From assembly GCF_964204865.1 (NCBI RefSeq), contig NC_135261.1:682001-746000 (forward strand): 64,000 nucleotides of DNA, written 5' to 3'. How positions within the stretch are numbered: the first letter of the stretch is position 1; every line of letters begins with the position of its first letter. Origin of the DNA: Styela clava (lineage: Eukaryota). The notes under the pieces were generated by a model that saw nothing but the letters and a program-made list of their open reading frames with translations, was not told where the DNA came from and did not search any database. Position numbers and translations under genes: made by a program. Below are positions 27,501 to 40,500 of this stretch, piece after piece.

Positions 27501-28558
27501 AACAGTAACATTCACTTTACCTAAGACCGTAATATTTTCACCAGTATAAGTTGTCAATACAACATTAGATTTCAGCAAAGGCAAATGTTTAAAATTCCTT
27601 TCATACATGCTTTCAGAAATGAGTGACACCCCACTACCAGTATCTAATTCAAATTTACAATCACAATTTTCGATTCTCAGTGGAACTACTATTGGACCAT
27701 AAGAATTAGACTTAGTAGTAAATACAGGACACATTTCATTTTGAGAACAGTCCGAAGACAGGTTATCATCATTCGTAGGTTGCATGTAGTCACAATTCGA
27801 AGACTTTTTACTTTTCAGAGGCTTGGAACCTCGATAGAAGTTATGTTGCATTGAGCATTTTCGACTTATATGCCCAATTCGTTTACATTTATGGCACTTT
27901 GCATTTCTGTAGAAACAGCTTTCAGCAGGATGATTACTTTTCCCTTATCGAAAACATTCTTTGAATTTTCGAATTTCAGAACGCGTTGCAAATCTTTGAT
28001 TATTTTGAACTTTATGAACTTTTGGTTTACTTTCATCTACTGGCAATTTTTCAAATTTGCAACTTAATTCATTGGCTTGTTTTTCTGCCAATTCCATACC
28101 AGTAGCAATTTTCACAGCATTCTGCAGAGTTAGGTCAACTTCAGTTAATAATTTACGTTTCATTCGAGTTGACATTAGTCCACTCACAAATCTATCTCTT
28201 AGTGAATCATTTAAGAACTCACCGAATTGACAATGTTCAGATAATTTCCTGAGCTGTGCCAGGAACTCATTCACAGTTTCTCCATCATGTTGGATTCTTT
28301 CATGAAATTTGACTCTTTCTGCTATCACCAATGGTTTGGGGTTGAGATGCAAGTTCTTTCAGTTGGACATAAGTCTTTTCACCAGGCTTTTCAGGAGCAC
28401 AAACTGTATGTTTGAGCCCCGCAAATGCTTAATAATATGGCTTTCTTTTTATCAGCACTTTCAATCTCGTTTGCTTCAAAATAATGTCCTAAGCGTTCAA
28501 CATATTCAGACCAATCTTGGCCATTACTATACTCTTCTATTTTTCCAAATGTAGTCAT
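24585..28558 (-). pseudogene. Gypsy gag-pol polyprotein (gag with 2 zinc knuckles, protease LDTGS, RT, RNase H, integrase), disrupted
   Basis: ATG at 28558 (MTTFGKIEEY..DWSEYVERL). Frameshifts near 28400-28350, in-frame TAA at 27945, 855-aa PR-RT-RH-IN ORF 27851-25284, then a frameshift into the integrase tail 25223-24585. Confidence 0.92.
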
Positions 28559-28753
28559 TTCAGGTATAGTAATGTTTCAGCTATGGAATTTCAGGCTCAT
28601 AAATTTCAGTCTATGAAGACAATTTCAGCTGCTTATATTTCAGACTCTTCTTTTCAGGTACTTGTAATAACGTTGATTTGAAACACTTACTGTGACACCG
28701 GCATGCAGCAGACCGATCCCATTGTAACAGTTAACGTTATATGGCAGCAGACT

Positions 28754-28772
28754 AATCCCATCCTCGTCGCCA
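28754..28772 (-). promoter_or_regulatory. Primer binding site complementary to the 3' end of tRNA-Ser(GCU)
   Basis: Minus strand TGGCGACGAGGATGGGATT lies 3 nt inside the 5' LTR. The plus strand AATCCCATCCTCGTCGCCA matches the metazoan tRNA-Ser(GCU) 3' end as recalled. Confidence 0.8.
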
Positions 28773-28775
28773 AAT

Positions 28776-29015
28776 TGTAGTGTATTCTGCCTTTAGATCT
28801 TTATAAACAAGCACCAAGTTTCCATTACAACACTACTTTATTATAAGAGTCGAGCACTTCAACATTAAGACACCATAGCAGTAACAGACTAAACAGCAAG
28901 TCAGCACTTAACACGATCACAGATAGAACAAGAATGACAGCCTCGGATATACAAGGTCAAATCAGTCTGGGTCAATAGCGTCACCTAGCGGTATTACATC
29001 ATATAATATACAACA
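28776..29015 (-). repeat. 5' LTR (240 bp)
   Basis: Direct repeat of 24301-24540. On the minus strand it is followed by the PBS. Confidence 0.97.
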
Positions 29016-32000
29016 GGTTCGATGGTAGGAGGCCGGGGATAGGAAACCGGGACAAGGGTTGAGAGATATGGGTAGAGGGTATAGAAAGGCAGGGTGCAGG
29101 GCAATGGGTCAGGCTTACGAATGTAGGTTGTGGTTGTAGGCCTACCAAATTTTAAGCAAGGTTGCGAGCGCTTAATAACGTGCCAAGAGCTACTGATACT
29201 ATAATATTGAATTAATTATTGTGTAAAATTGTGCGTTAGTTGTGCAGTTTTTCTTAATTGTGCAGCCATAGTGTTATAAATTTCGTGGGCAATGCCGATC
29301 CGGGAACATTTTGGTCCTTACAAGGACAGTATGGAAACCCTTATATATATTTAACATGATAAGGACCTGGGACGAGTTAATTCTTTGATCACCGAGACGA
29401 AAACGAAGCCCAGATGGCAATTCTTTCATCTGAGTTATGTTGTCCAGCCTAAGTTGCGTTGTCTGGTTACGTCTATACGTACGTCTGATGGACAAACCAA
29501 CGAGCTCGTAGCATTCTACCCCTTGATTAGCTATTCGTATCATCAGCGCTGTAGTTGTCATGGTTACCCTACAGTCAGCGCTCGGAGTCGTTTGCTCCTA
29601 ATAATACCGTGAATACCCTGTCTCTCAAACATATGCATATACGCCACAGGCGATTCTTGTTAGTATCGGGTTTTCTACTTTTTATTCTAGTTTGATTTAA
29701 TGTTAGTTTTTTTTCATTTTGACTACTCACTTTATGATTTAATGTTAGACTTTTCTATAGGTGTTGCTGCTTGATAACCAGTACTGGTTTATCGCGTCGC
29801 CTTTCATCATGAAATGCAATTTTTCTTCTTTTTACTTCATTTTGTATTTACAATGTGTATTTTCAGTATGGTGACAGAATAAACTGCTGATTTGTTACAA
29901 GAGAGGGAGATTAAAACTGGGTATTTGCATTGCGATACGCAGGTATGATAAGGAAAAGTCTCTTGTGGGACGATGAAAAACATTTCAGAATATCTGCAAT
30001 TTACATTGTTTTGCCAACACCGGTTGTGCTCTGATTAAAGTCCGTATACAAACGGGCACTGGTACGTAATATAGAGCAGGCCAAAATATAAGTTCGCCGA
30101 ACATGAGTGAACGTAGAAATATTTTGCAATTAAATCGTGTCTTCTAGAGAGGATAAATAATGCTTCATTTAAGCCTGAGCCTGAGAAACGAGTGGATTCT
30201 ATTAAGGGGTCCTTCTGATCTCTGGTGGACCTGGGTCATTTTGACACCCCTCTTTAATTTTTTTAATATTTCACCAACCAAGAATGCCAAAAACATTAAT
30301 GTGTCCTTAAAAAGCTTATTTTCGTCGCTTTCCACTAAAACGCGCCCAAATTACGTAGCGCAAATGTGTACGCCGTACGACGGTAAGAAGAGAAAAATTT
30401 CAAAAAATTTCGAGAAAAAGTTTCTCACTTTTAACGCTGTGGTCGACACGTGATTGATATGCGAGAAAAATAGTTCTCTTTTAGAAGAGCTATACGTCAC
30501 CTTCAAGATAAAACAAGACTGGGATTTGTAAGTGAAGTGATATTCGTTTTATCGAAGAGCATTTGATCGCGTGCTGTCTGGTATCATTGTTTGTTTATTA
30601 TGAGCCGAAGAACGTTGTTGTTGCAAAATAAAAATTATACATAAAAAAAATATGATGACATCACTGTAATTAAGAACACTCGGATCAAGCATGGATATTT
30701 TAAACTTAAACATTTTGAGTTTTGAAATTGGTTTTGTTCACATGCAGACCACTATGAAATACTATTGACCCCCCAAAATACATTTAATTTAGCCATAAAC
30801 CCAAATTATGACACAGATCAGCCATTTATGACCAGGCCGAAACCCTAGGGAATAACAAGAGCTCGTACGAGGTCGAGTTTGGTTGAACAGAGAGGATTTC
30901 TGTGTTTCAATATGGTAATGTGGTCGTTCGCTCTGTTTATTTATCTTTAAATGTTAAATCTTTTAATGCATCTGAAAAAAAAAATAAAAATACAGCGCAT
31001 TGTTGGCCTACGAAAGCGATGGGCAATTTCAGGCCAAGCAAAGACTTTTGTGGGTTACCCATACCTACCTCTTCGAGAAATATTTACGAAAACCGAGTCT
31101 ATGCCGTAGTTTAAATTAGCTTTAAAATAGGAAATATACGAAGAAGTTGATAAATAAGAAGCTTGTTCAAGATCAATTCTGGCTGAACGGCGATAATTTC
31201 TGTTTTTCAATATCGGAGATATCGCTTGCTTATTGGCAGTATGTTAACGTATCTCAAAATGTGGCACTACCGTAGTATGTGTACCAGGTTAGGGCATAAT
31301 TTGATTCCTGTTCTCCCTTTTTTAGTTCTATTACGAGTTCGAGAACTGTTTGTGTAGCCAAGTGAAAATACCCCCTGCCCATAGCATTCCGTCCCTTTAC
31401 ACAACTTTAAGTAAAATAGCCGAACAAAATTAGTTACCCTACATATTGGTACACAATTCTGGAGCGCCCAAAATGTTACATCCACTTCATAAAAAATAGT
31501 CCGAGACATAGCTGTGTTACTTATACCAGTGATGGGATTCGCGATTTTAAGAACGGGTTCTCTTTTGTACCGAACTCGCTAACAACGATTACCTCAATAA
31601 GAGTGTTCCCAACTAAGTGTTCCCTTTCCCTACTTGTCTAATTAAGAAAAAAATGTTCTTAAATTTCCAATTCTCCGATTAAGTTAATTTCTTAGTTTTC
31701 TGAGAAATAAATTTGAACTTTATCATTTTTATATTTAATCGATAACGTTTTGTAAGACAATTTTATTCACACAAAGTAGCAAATAATATTTCTGCAATGA
31801 AAGTTCAAATTATTTTTCATGAATTTCATTTGTTAAGTTCAGTTCGTGAAAAATAATTTGAACTTTCATTGACAAAATATTTTACCAAAAAAATGATAAG
31901 ATCCAGAAACACATCTAACAAATAAAATATCTGTATGTACATATTATATATCACACTAATTCACACACAAGAAATTGAAAAACAAAAGAAATAAAATTTT

Positions 32001-33588
32001 TGTCATGTTTTGAGAGCCTGAGGGGGAAGGGGCATACGAAAAATAAAACTTGATTAATTCAAAGAGAAGACAATGCTGTAATTTGTTTTAATTTTGATAA
32101 ATTCCTAACATTTCCTCGTATTTTGTTCTTGTCTCACTGAAGTTTCAAATTATTTTTCAGCTTTTTTAACTATTGAATAACCAGGAAAATATCTTATTTA
32201 ATGGCGTGATTAAGAACAATTCAAATAAATGAAATACGATAGCAAATATAATAAAAAAAAATCATCAATCCTTAGAATTCACACACAAGAAAAATAAAAT
32301 GTTAAAAGAGCTGTGAGTAATAAAACTTGCTATTGTAAAGCAAAGACAATGCTGTAATTGATTTCAGTTTTTAAACCTAAAATACAAATTGAAAACTCGA
32401 ACCCAAAGTTAAGGTAAAACAACTTGATAGTTGTAAAGGATTTCTCAACCAAATTTGATTTTCTGGAAGTTCGAGTGAAAAATGCGACATGCTCGGGGGA
32501 TTACTCTTGGAAAAATTTTGTCTTATTTGGACAATTTCAATATGACTGTTTTTTGATATCGATTCTCTGATAAAGCTAATTTCTTAGTTTTTTGGTAAAT
32601 GAATTTAGTCTCTATCGTTTTTAAAATACATCGATGACGTTTTGCAGGACAATTTTATTTACACAAAGTAGCAAATAATATTTCTGCACTGAAAGTTCAA
32701 ATGATTTTCCATGAATTTCATTTGTTAAGTTCAGTTCGTGAAAAATAATTTAAACTTTAATTGATAAAATATTTTGCCAAAAATTGATAAGATCCATAAA
32801 CACATCTAACAAATAAAATATTTGTATATACCTATTGTATATCACACTAATTAACACACAAAAAAGATATAGCAAACGAAATGAATTTTTTTTCATAGTT
32901 TAAAGAGTCGATGGGCGGCGAGTCTGGGAGGTTCAACGGAGAAGTTTGCATTTACCAAAGTTTTTATCGTAAAAATTTGATTTTTTTCGATTCGATTTCG
33001 ATTTTTCTTCGACTTCACAGCTTTATTCAAATAAAGTTCAATGACAAATATCTGAAAACAATTTCTTCCTGTAATTTACGAAAATTTGAATTTCACGATA
33101 TTCAGAGGTTAACAGGTACGAAGCCGTTATTCGTAGAGTATCGAACATTTTTGTAATTTAATGAAATTTCCTGAACATGTAATATATATTTGAATAAACC
33201 AAATCGCCAAAATTTTAGGATTGTTCAAATTCAGACAGAAACAAATTGAGTTAAAATAATAAATTCAAACTTTTTTTGGACACATCTAAGAAATAAAAAA
33301 TAGTTCGTTTGGTAGAAATCTAACAATGAATATAATATGAGGTTTACCGCATGCAGAATCTAATTACTTTATATGCTCGTTCAACTGTGATACGTGGAAA
33401 TAGTGAATTTGGGTGTAAATTAAGCTGAATGTATGGATAACGAATATTCGGGAATTCAACAGCATAAGCTTGTTCAACTGTGGAAATAGTAAGTTAAAGT
33501 TTTAATAAATCTACTAGAGTGAATAACAATTAATCTCAAACTCAAGTAATTTTACAGTTTTTGTTTATCGATCATTCAATGTACAGAG

Positions 33589-34547
33589 TTATAAATCAAT
33601 TTCACAGATGGCTCCGTGATATGCATGGAAAGGAGGAACATTAAAAATCCCTTGATCACCCGGGTTTCGATTGACTTCAACAACAACAGTTGTGTACGAT
33701 GCATCGGAATGCTGACGACCATTATACCAAACCTCAGTTGGTAGAGACATAGCTTGGCCCGTCGTTGAATACAGCTGACCGCCCTGTCGTTATAAAATAT
33801 ATTTTCAGAAATATAACAAAGTGATGTGACCATATGATCTGACGAAGCAAAACAAACTTATTTGGTCTTCAGTAATAAGCCTAATGAAGCGTGATTTCAT
33901 CACGTGACTGTTCTGCTCAGTCACACTTCAGTGATTACCGTTGGTGGATAAGAATTGAATGAAATAAACACATAAAATCAAATTAGTTTGGATTAGTATT
34001 TTTTGATTTGGTGACAGAGCTGTAAACTTGAAGCGTTCCACTGATGTTGGAGTCAAATTTTGAATCTCCCGGAAATATTACAGGGAGACGAAAGTTTGAA
34101 GTTGAATTTTTCGATAGAAACCGGAAAACCCTGCCAAATGAATTTTTCTAATCTTGTAGAATTTGATTTGAACTTATCTCCTATTCAATGGTTATATGGG
34201 TTTGAAAACAAAATGTAATAGCACGTGGTAATGCGGAAGCAATATCGGCATAACATTTATAAATGGTATTATAAATAATATTTTATGAGAATTTCATGTA
34301 TGGCCCCCAATGAAAAACATGATTCAGACTCGACCTACCTTGTAAGTCATTCCAGTACAAACCCGAATCCCTGACAATCCATCAGGAATCATGGATCGTA
34401 AATAATCAACAACCCGGTTGTAGTGTGTGACGTCATAAATGTTAGCCAATTTGTTTTCGCAAATAAATTCAGCGACGCTTAATGAGACGTTCCAAGTGTC
34501 ATAAACAATCGCTCGAAAACATCTTGAATTATAGACAACTCCACATT
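33589..34547 (-). CDS. Exons 12-13: C-type lectin-like domain (non-canonical, no EPN/QPD)
   Basis: CGVVYNSRCF..AEFIC..LANI..TGM | ...W....GAICE follows the CTLD scaffold. Confidence 0.8.
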
Positions 34548-37500
34548 CTGAAACAAAAATGACATTCAAAAATGTTTGAAGTCAGATATTTATGAAACTA
34601 TTATTAAGGAGAATATTTATTTCTACGTTTTAATTGAAAACTTTTTTTCGTTTTATTCAGGATAGTCGTCTTTTGTAGTTTTTTACAATAATATGATTGT
34701 GATCCTTCAGTAGTTTTGACCATACGTCATTTTGTTGGATTCAAGAAAGGACTCGCAAACTTACTCAGATATAAAGTAAACGTTTCTATGAGCAGATTAC
34801 GTGCAGCCACTGAGCTATTAGAGCTGAAGAAACATAGCAGTGAAATATGCGATTTATAATACAGGCCGATGGGACTTGACGAATATGAGCAGGATAAATC
34901 TATAACGTACTGAATATTCTATAAAAAACTTTTTGTCACGAAGCGAGTTCGTAGACAACCGGCACGATCGCCAGTAGATGCCGTGATTAATCAACAGTAT
35001 CAGTGGTTGCCTGCACAGTTTCTTATTTCAATGTAAAAATATTTCCAAAAATATTAGCTCGTTGCCTATCTGTAAACGTTTGTGCAGAGCCTTGTTCAGA
35101 ATGGAGGGATGGTTGAAACCAATAGGCTTCACCTATCTTTGGTTGCTCCTGTAGAGCCTTGTTCAGAGAGAATGTGTGAAAACTACCAGTAATAACAGCA
35201 TCTGCTTATATATCAGTAATTGCTTGTTCATTCAGAATGAACGTGTTTTAACGCCTAGCTCTTCACGTCGCATTATTTGTTTGTGTAGAATGTTGTTCAG
35301 AGTGAAAGCATGAAAACCGGAAGGTTCAATTCATTTCTGAGTGAGTGCGATGCCAGCAGGCCAGCGGTAATGTCTCGCGAGTCACATACGCTACGCCCCG
35401 AATTCAGGAGAGAGCACCCGCTGAATTTAATTTTTAAGAGTAGAAAACGAGGGCAACAGGGTAATGAGTAATGGTGAATGAACTGGAAAAAGTCTGGTGT
35501 CCAATCTGCGCGCAGGCAACAAGAATGAATACGGTGACGATAGGGATAGATATTTAGTCCCAATCGCCATTTTAAATGCCTCCCCTATACAGGGCTATTG
35601 GGCTGCCAAATGGATAGCAGGTTATGGATCGCCATTTAGATGGCCTCTTCCACACAGGACATATAGACAGTAGTTTGGGGATGGATATATGGCCCCAATC
35701 CTAGACTTGGAGGAATTTACGAATATACGAAATTTATTTTCGCATACCTCGGCAAATTTCAAATTGCCTAAAGTCGTAATTGTTGACTAAACGCACTTAG
35801 TGTTAGAAAAGAGTCGGAAACCACCTTTTTCGTTCTTTTTGGATGACTGAAAAAGTCGCCAATAACGCGTGCCATTGGATTTTCTTCAAATCGCAGATTG
35901 TTTTCATCAGCGCAGTGTGCTACTTAAAGCCTTAAACACCTTCACGTTGTTATTTATTCTCTCTAAATCACAAATTACGCGAGGACGATAATATTCACTT
36001 TTCGGTTCTCGCAAGGAATTGTGAGATTGTTGTTGAAAACAAGTCATGATATTATATTCATCGGCGACGAGATGCTAGAGATAATAAAGAGGTGAATCCA
36101 CAACCCAAATATTTTGATTGAAAAGCGGCATTGTAAAATAATGAAAGTAAAACTAAGAGAAAAGCCATAAGTTTTGTTTTAGGAGGCTTGGGACAGATCA
36201 AAAATGCTTTTTGGACATTGTCAATCGCAAATGGCTCACATTATGTTGGATTGTCTTTGACGCTAAAGCGTTTTTCGGAAATTACGAATGAAAACAAGAT
36301 TATATTATCGGGCACAAAGCCACACATTTTTATGGCCGCGGCATTTTGGATTAGTAATCCTTTTATATTTTTAGTCAACAAAACAGCAGGTTACATTGAA
36401 CACAATTAAAGCATGATATTTTAAATATGCCTGTATGTGGATTAAATGGATTGATGAGTCATGGATTAAGTACTTTGGGCAATTGTGAATTGTACTTCCG
36501 AAGTTTTTAACGCAGACCCAATCGCCATTTAAAGTACCTCTCCCATACGGGGACGTTGGTCTGTCTTATGGAAAGCAGGTTATAAATAGGGATGGATATA
36601 TGATCCCAATCGCTATTTGAATGGCCTCCTCTATATGGGGATATAGGTCTACAGACAGCAGTTTAGGAATGGGGATTGATATATGAACCCAATCGCTATT
36701 GGAATGGCCTCCCTCATACAGGGCTATTGAGCTGACATATAGACAGCTGGTTAGAAATAGAGATGGATATATGGCCCCATTCGGAATTTGAATGGTCTCC
36801 TGCATACAGGGCTGTTGACAGGGCTGGGCATTGCGGAAAAAAAGTTTAGGAATAGGAATGGATATATAGACCCAATCGCTATTAGAATGGCCATCCCCCA
36901 TACAGGGCTATCATATGAACTGCAGGTTAGAAGTATTGATGGTTATATGTCCTATATAGCTATTATATAGACTCCTCTATACAGGGCTACTTGGCTGCCT
37001 TATAGACAGCAGGTTGGAAATGGGTATGATTGAATGATCTTAATCGCTAAAGAAAAAACTCACGAGTGCATGCTGGTGTTGTAGACCATGAGCCGTCAGC
37101 TTTGCATGTTCCCGTCTGCCCCCCTTCCAAAGTGTAACCACTGCTGCAAGAGTAACTGACCTCCTGATCTTGACTGTACAAGTTATGCTCAGGAGAAATT
37201 GTTCCGTTCTCGAGATTTCGCTTAGCACAAGGTGTAGCTACAAAAAGAAATGATGAAAAAGTTTAACTCGCAGACTATTTGTTTCTTTCAAATCTGTAAA
37301 ATATTTCGTAAAATATTTAAAAATACTGGAAACTTACTTACTTACCTAGACCATAACATTCGGAAGAGTTCGAAGTTGTTATGTTGTCTAACTCTACATT
37401 CCCGGATGCGTCAAGCACAAGTTGGACCTGAATAAAATAAAAAAGATTGAAGTTTGAGCGAGGCAGAAACTAGAGCAGGAATGGGCAGGGTTTTCAGAAA

Positions 37501-40500
37501 AGGGGCAAAAAAATTGTAATGTAAAAGCGGACCATGTAAAAGTGACGTAAACAGTTACGTTTCATAAAATATTTGCAAAAGCAAAGTTTAAAATCAATGA
37601 ACCGCGTACCAAAACAAAATTTAATCGCAATCTTAACAGTTTCTTTGAGCTTTTTTTTTTTTAGCTTAAACGCCAAAATTTGATTTTAGTTTAATTGTGG
37701 CAGCATCGGGCGGGCCAGATTAAATTACCCAACGGCTGTTTTTGGCTAGCGGCCCGTACTTTGCTCATCTGTATTTGAACGTATCGTAATTGCAAAGGGA
37801 TTCTCACAGAGTCAAAAGATCTACATTTGAGGTTTATACATGCGGAGTGAAAGGTTGGTAATATGTGTTCCCTGTTTGTAAAGGAATTCTAGAAAAACTT
37901 CAATTATGCGAAAAAATGATTATAACCCTCTGAGCGCTGATAAAGCTAGACCTGGACCTGGAGCAGAAATTTGGACATTTAGATTGGCGGACCATGTAAG
38001 TGCGACGTAAAAATTACATTTTATGAACAATTTCGCAATCGCATTTTTAAAAAATTCCTCAAGTTATTTTCAGCTAAAATGTCAAAATTTGGTTTAGTTT
38101 GGTTGTAGCAGGATCAGGCGGGCCAGATTGAATTTCCCAACTGGCTGAATTTAGCCCGCGGGCCGTAGTTTGCCCATGTCAGAGCTAGACTACGCCCAAC
38201 CAGAATTTTAAAAAGCTTTCGCGTTTTATGAGATGGGATTCACATCCCAAGCAATTCCGATTTAAATTTTCCAATTTTAAAATTCCAATTTTTCCAATTT
38301 TTGCTAAAAGATGTGTTACAAACCTCAGTATCTGTAGAGTTCACTTTCTTTAAAACGAATTTCTCTGTTTTCCAGATAGTCGAGGCAGAAAACGGCCAGA
38401 TTGCTTTCCTAAAAGTTACAAAACATATAATTGCTGCCTTTACATAGACTTCCAAAAAAATCAAAATCGGTTATACTCGGCATTTCCAAGGAATCCCATT
38501 TACATGAAATCTATTTTTCAGCTCTTTTTCCGAGCGCATCAAATTTAACTGTCTTAAAGTCTCCCGTTAATCAGCAATGTGAAATTCACCGCTATAGTTA
38601 TTTATAGTTTTAGCAGCTCTTCATATTACAGAGCTTGCCAGTAGTTTTGTTCCCAGATGATACTCAAAGCAAAATTTTTGAATTACCCTAAAACAGGGGC
38701 GAGCAACCTTTAATAGGAAGGGCCAAATACAAATAACTGGGTGAAGCCGCGGGCCGCAACTTTTATTTAACATGGGCTTTGCTCGACAACATGACATGTT
38801 CATAGGCATAGATAATAATTTGGACCGAAATATAGGTTTTGCAACGCAAAGGGATTGGAATTCCTCAAAAGTATCAGATTAAATTAAAAATTTGTTTTGC
38901 AAGCCGCACATTAGACAAAACTGGCACTAGGCCGCGGGTGTCACAATTTTTTTTCGTGAGCCGCGATTTCTTTCTGGCGGCAGGTGGCACAAGCATGATC
39001 TAAAACACTGAATTTCAAATTCCGTTATCGGTTTATAAAAATTATAAATCCTCACTGTATAGCGGCTGCCAATACAAAGCCTTCTTTGGGGTGAAAGCGG
39101 GAAATATTTGGGTAAAAAATAAATGCAGTGTTAGCTACTCACGTTACAGTTCCATTGTGAACCTTGGCCACCAGTTCTCCTTCAGATGTCCCTTTTATGT
39201 CGACACTCATGCATAGTTCCTCATTGCCAGCCAAAGGTAAGGATCTGATTGTACCATTACCAGCAAGAACATAACCTAGAATGAATTAGAATATAAAAAA
39301 ATGTGTATCTGGTGTGAGAACTGGGATAAAGCTTGAGTATTTTTCACAATGAGTTTTTTCTATTTTAGCAAGGGTGTCTGAAATCTTTGCGCTATGGTGG
39401 CTCAATTGCGCAATAATTGAAATATGGGTTGTTGTTCTTTGGTGTAAAATTTGCTCCTTAGCGATGTTGTGCCCTCTCAGAAGAAGGGATGGTCAATTCA
39501 AACAATTGGCGAATAATTTAATTTCAGGAAATCTAAAAACTACTGTGCACTGATGCTATTTCGTGAAGTTTTATTTAATGACAAAGAAACTACAACCTAT
39601 GCAAATTTGCTTTTTAAAACTTAAATATATCGATGCGATGGAGAAAATTCAATTTTCATTTCCACTGTGAATAAAATCAGTATAGGATTCGATTCAATCC
39701 GAGTATTTTAGAATGGTAAATTACTCTCAGTTACAAGAACTCACTAAGCGAGAATTATGTATGCGCAGTTACCGGCACTCACTGGAAAATAGTGGAAACT
39801 CAACTCTGAGTAAATTTACGGGCACTCACACAGAAGCAAAAGTGACTCATCTCCAAACAAAAATTATGAAAACTCACTCAGAAGTGAAGGATACTCATCT
39901 CCGATCAAAATTACAAACAAAAAGTTACAGATAATCACTCAAAAGTAAAGATTTTGTAAGCAATGTTACGGGCAGCCATTATACTTTGAGCAAATTTTCT
40001 TAAAAACAAGGCATTTCATAAAAAAAAACAATACCTGTAATGTCCTTATCTCTCTCAAATGTTCCATTAACTATCGTGTAGCCGCATGTAGGGTTTGTTG
40101 AAGACTCAAAATCACACGTAAGATCGACTGAAAAACGCAAAAATTTTTTTTTAGAGTCAGAGCCTTGTATTCTGGCCTAAACTGAATATTGCTTCATTGC
40201 GAACAGGCTGTAAAATCAGATCAAATTAACAATTAACATCGGGTTGAAACAATTTTAACTCCGACTCAGCTTCGAAGTCCAGAGATAAATAAATATCGAA
40301 ATGTCGGACTTTCAATTGTGACAATTCAAAGTTATCAATAAAAACTCAAAAAGCAAGTTTGCAAAGAATTCATAACAGTCTATTTGAGGAAGCTTGCATA
40401 TATTGGACTTTAGAGATGCAAATTTTTTCTGAATATACATATTTTTATTCGGAGTTAACCAAGCTTTTAAAATATAAGATTTTTGTATTTATCACATGGG

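Larger units (their letters stand above)
24301..29015 (-). mobile_element. Ty3/Gypsy (Mag-like) LTR retrotransposon, full length
   Basis: LTRs 24301-24540 and 28776-29015 (TG..CA, 238/240 identical). 5-bp TSD GGTTC at 24296-24300 and 29016-29020. PBS and PPT present. Domain order gag-PR-RT-RH-IN. Confidence 0.97.

Noticed and set aside
36515-37040. Regularly spaced repeats resembling a CRISPR array, and repetitive ORFs 36566-36901
   Set aside because: The whole unit is repeated with no unique spacers, unit lengths are not multiples of 3, the context is a eukaryotic intron, and there are no cas genes.
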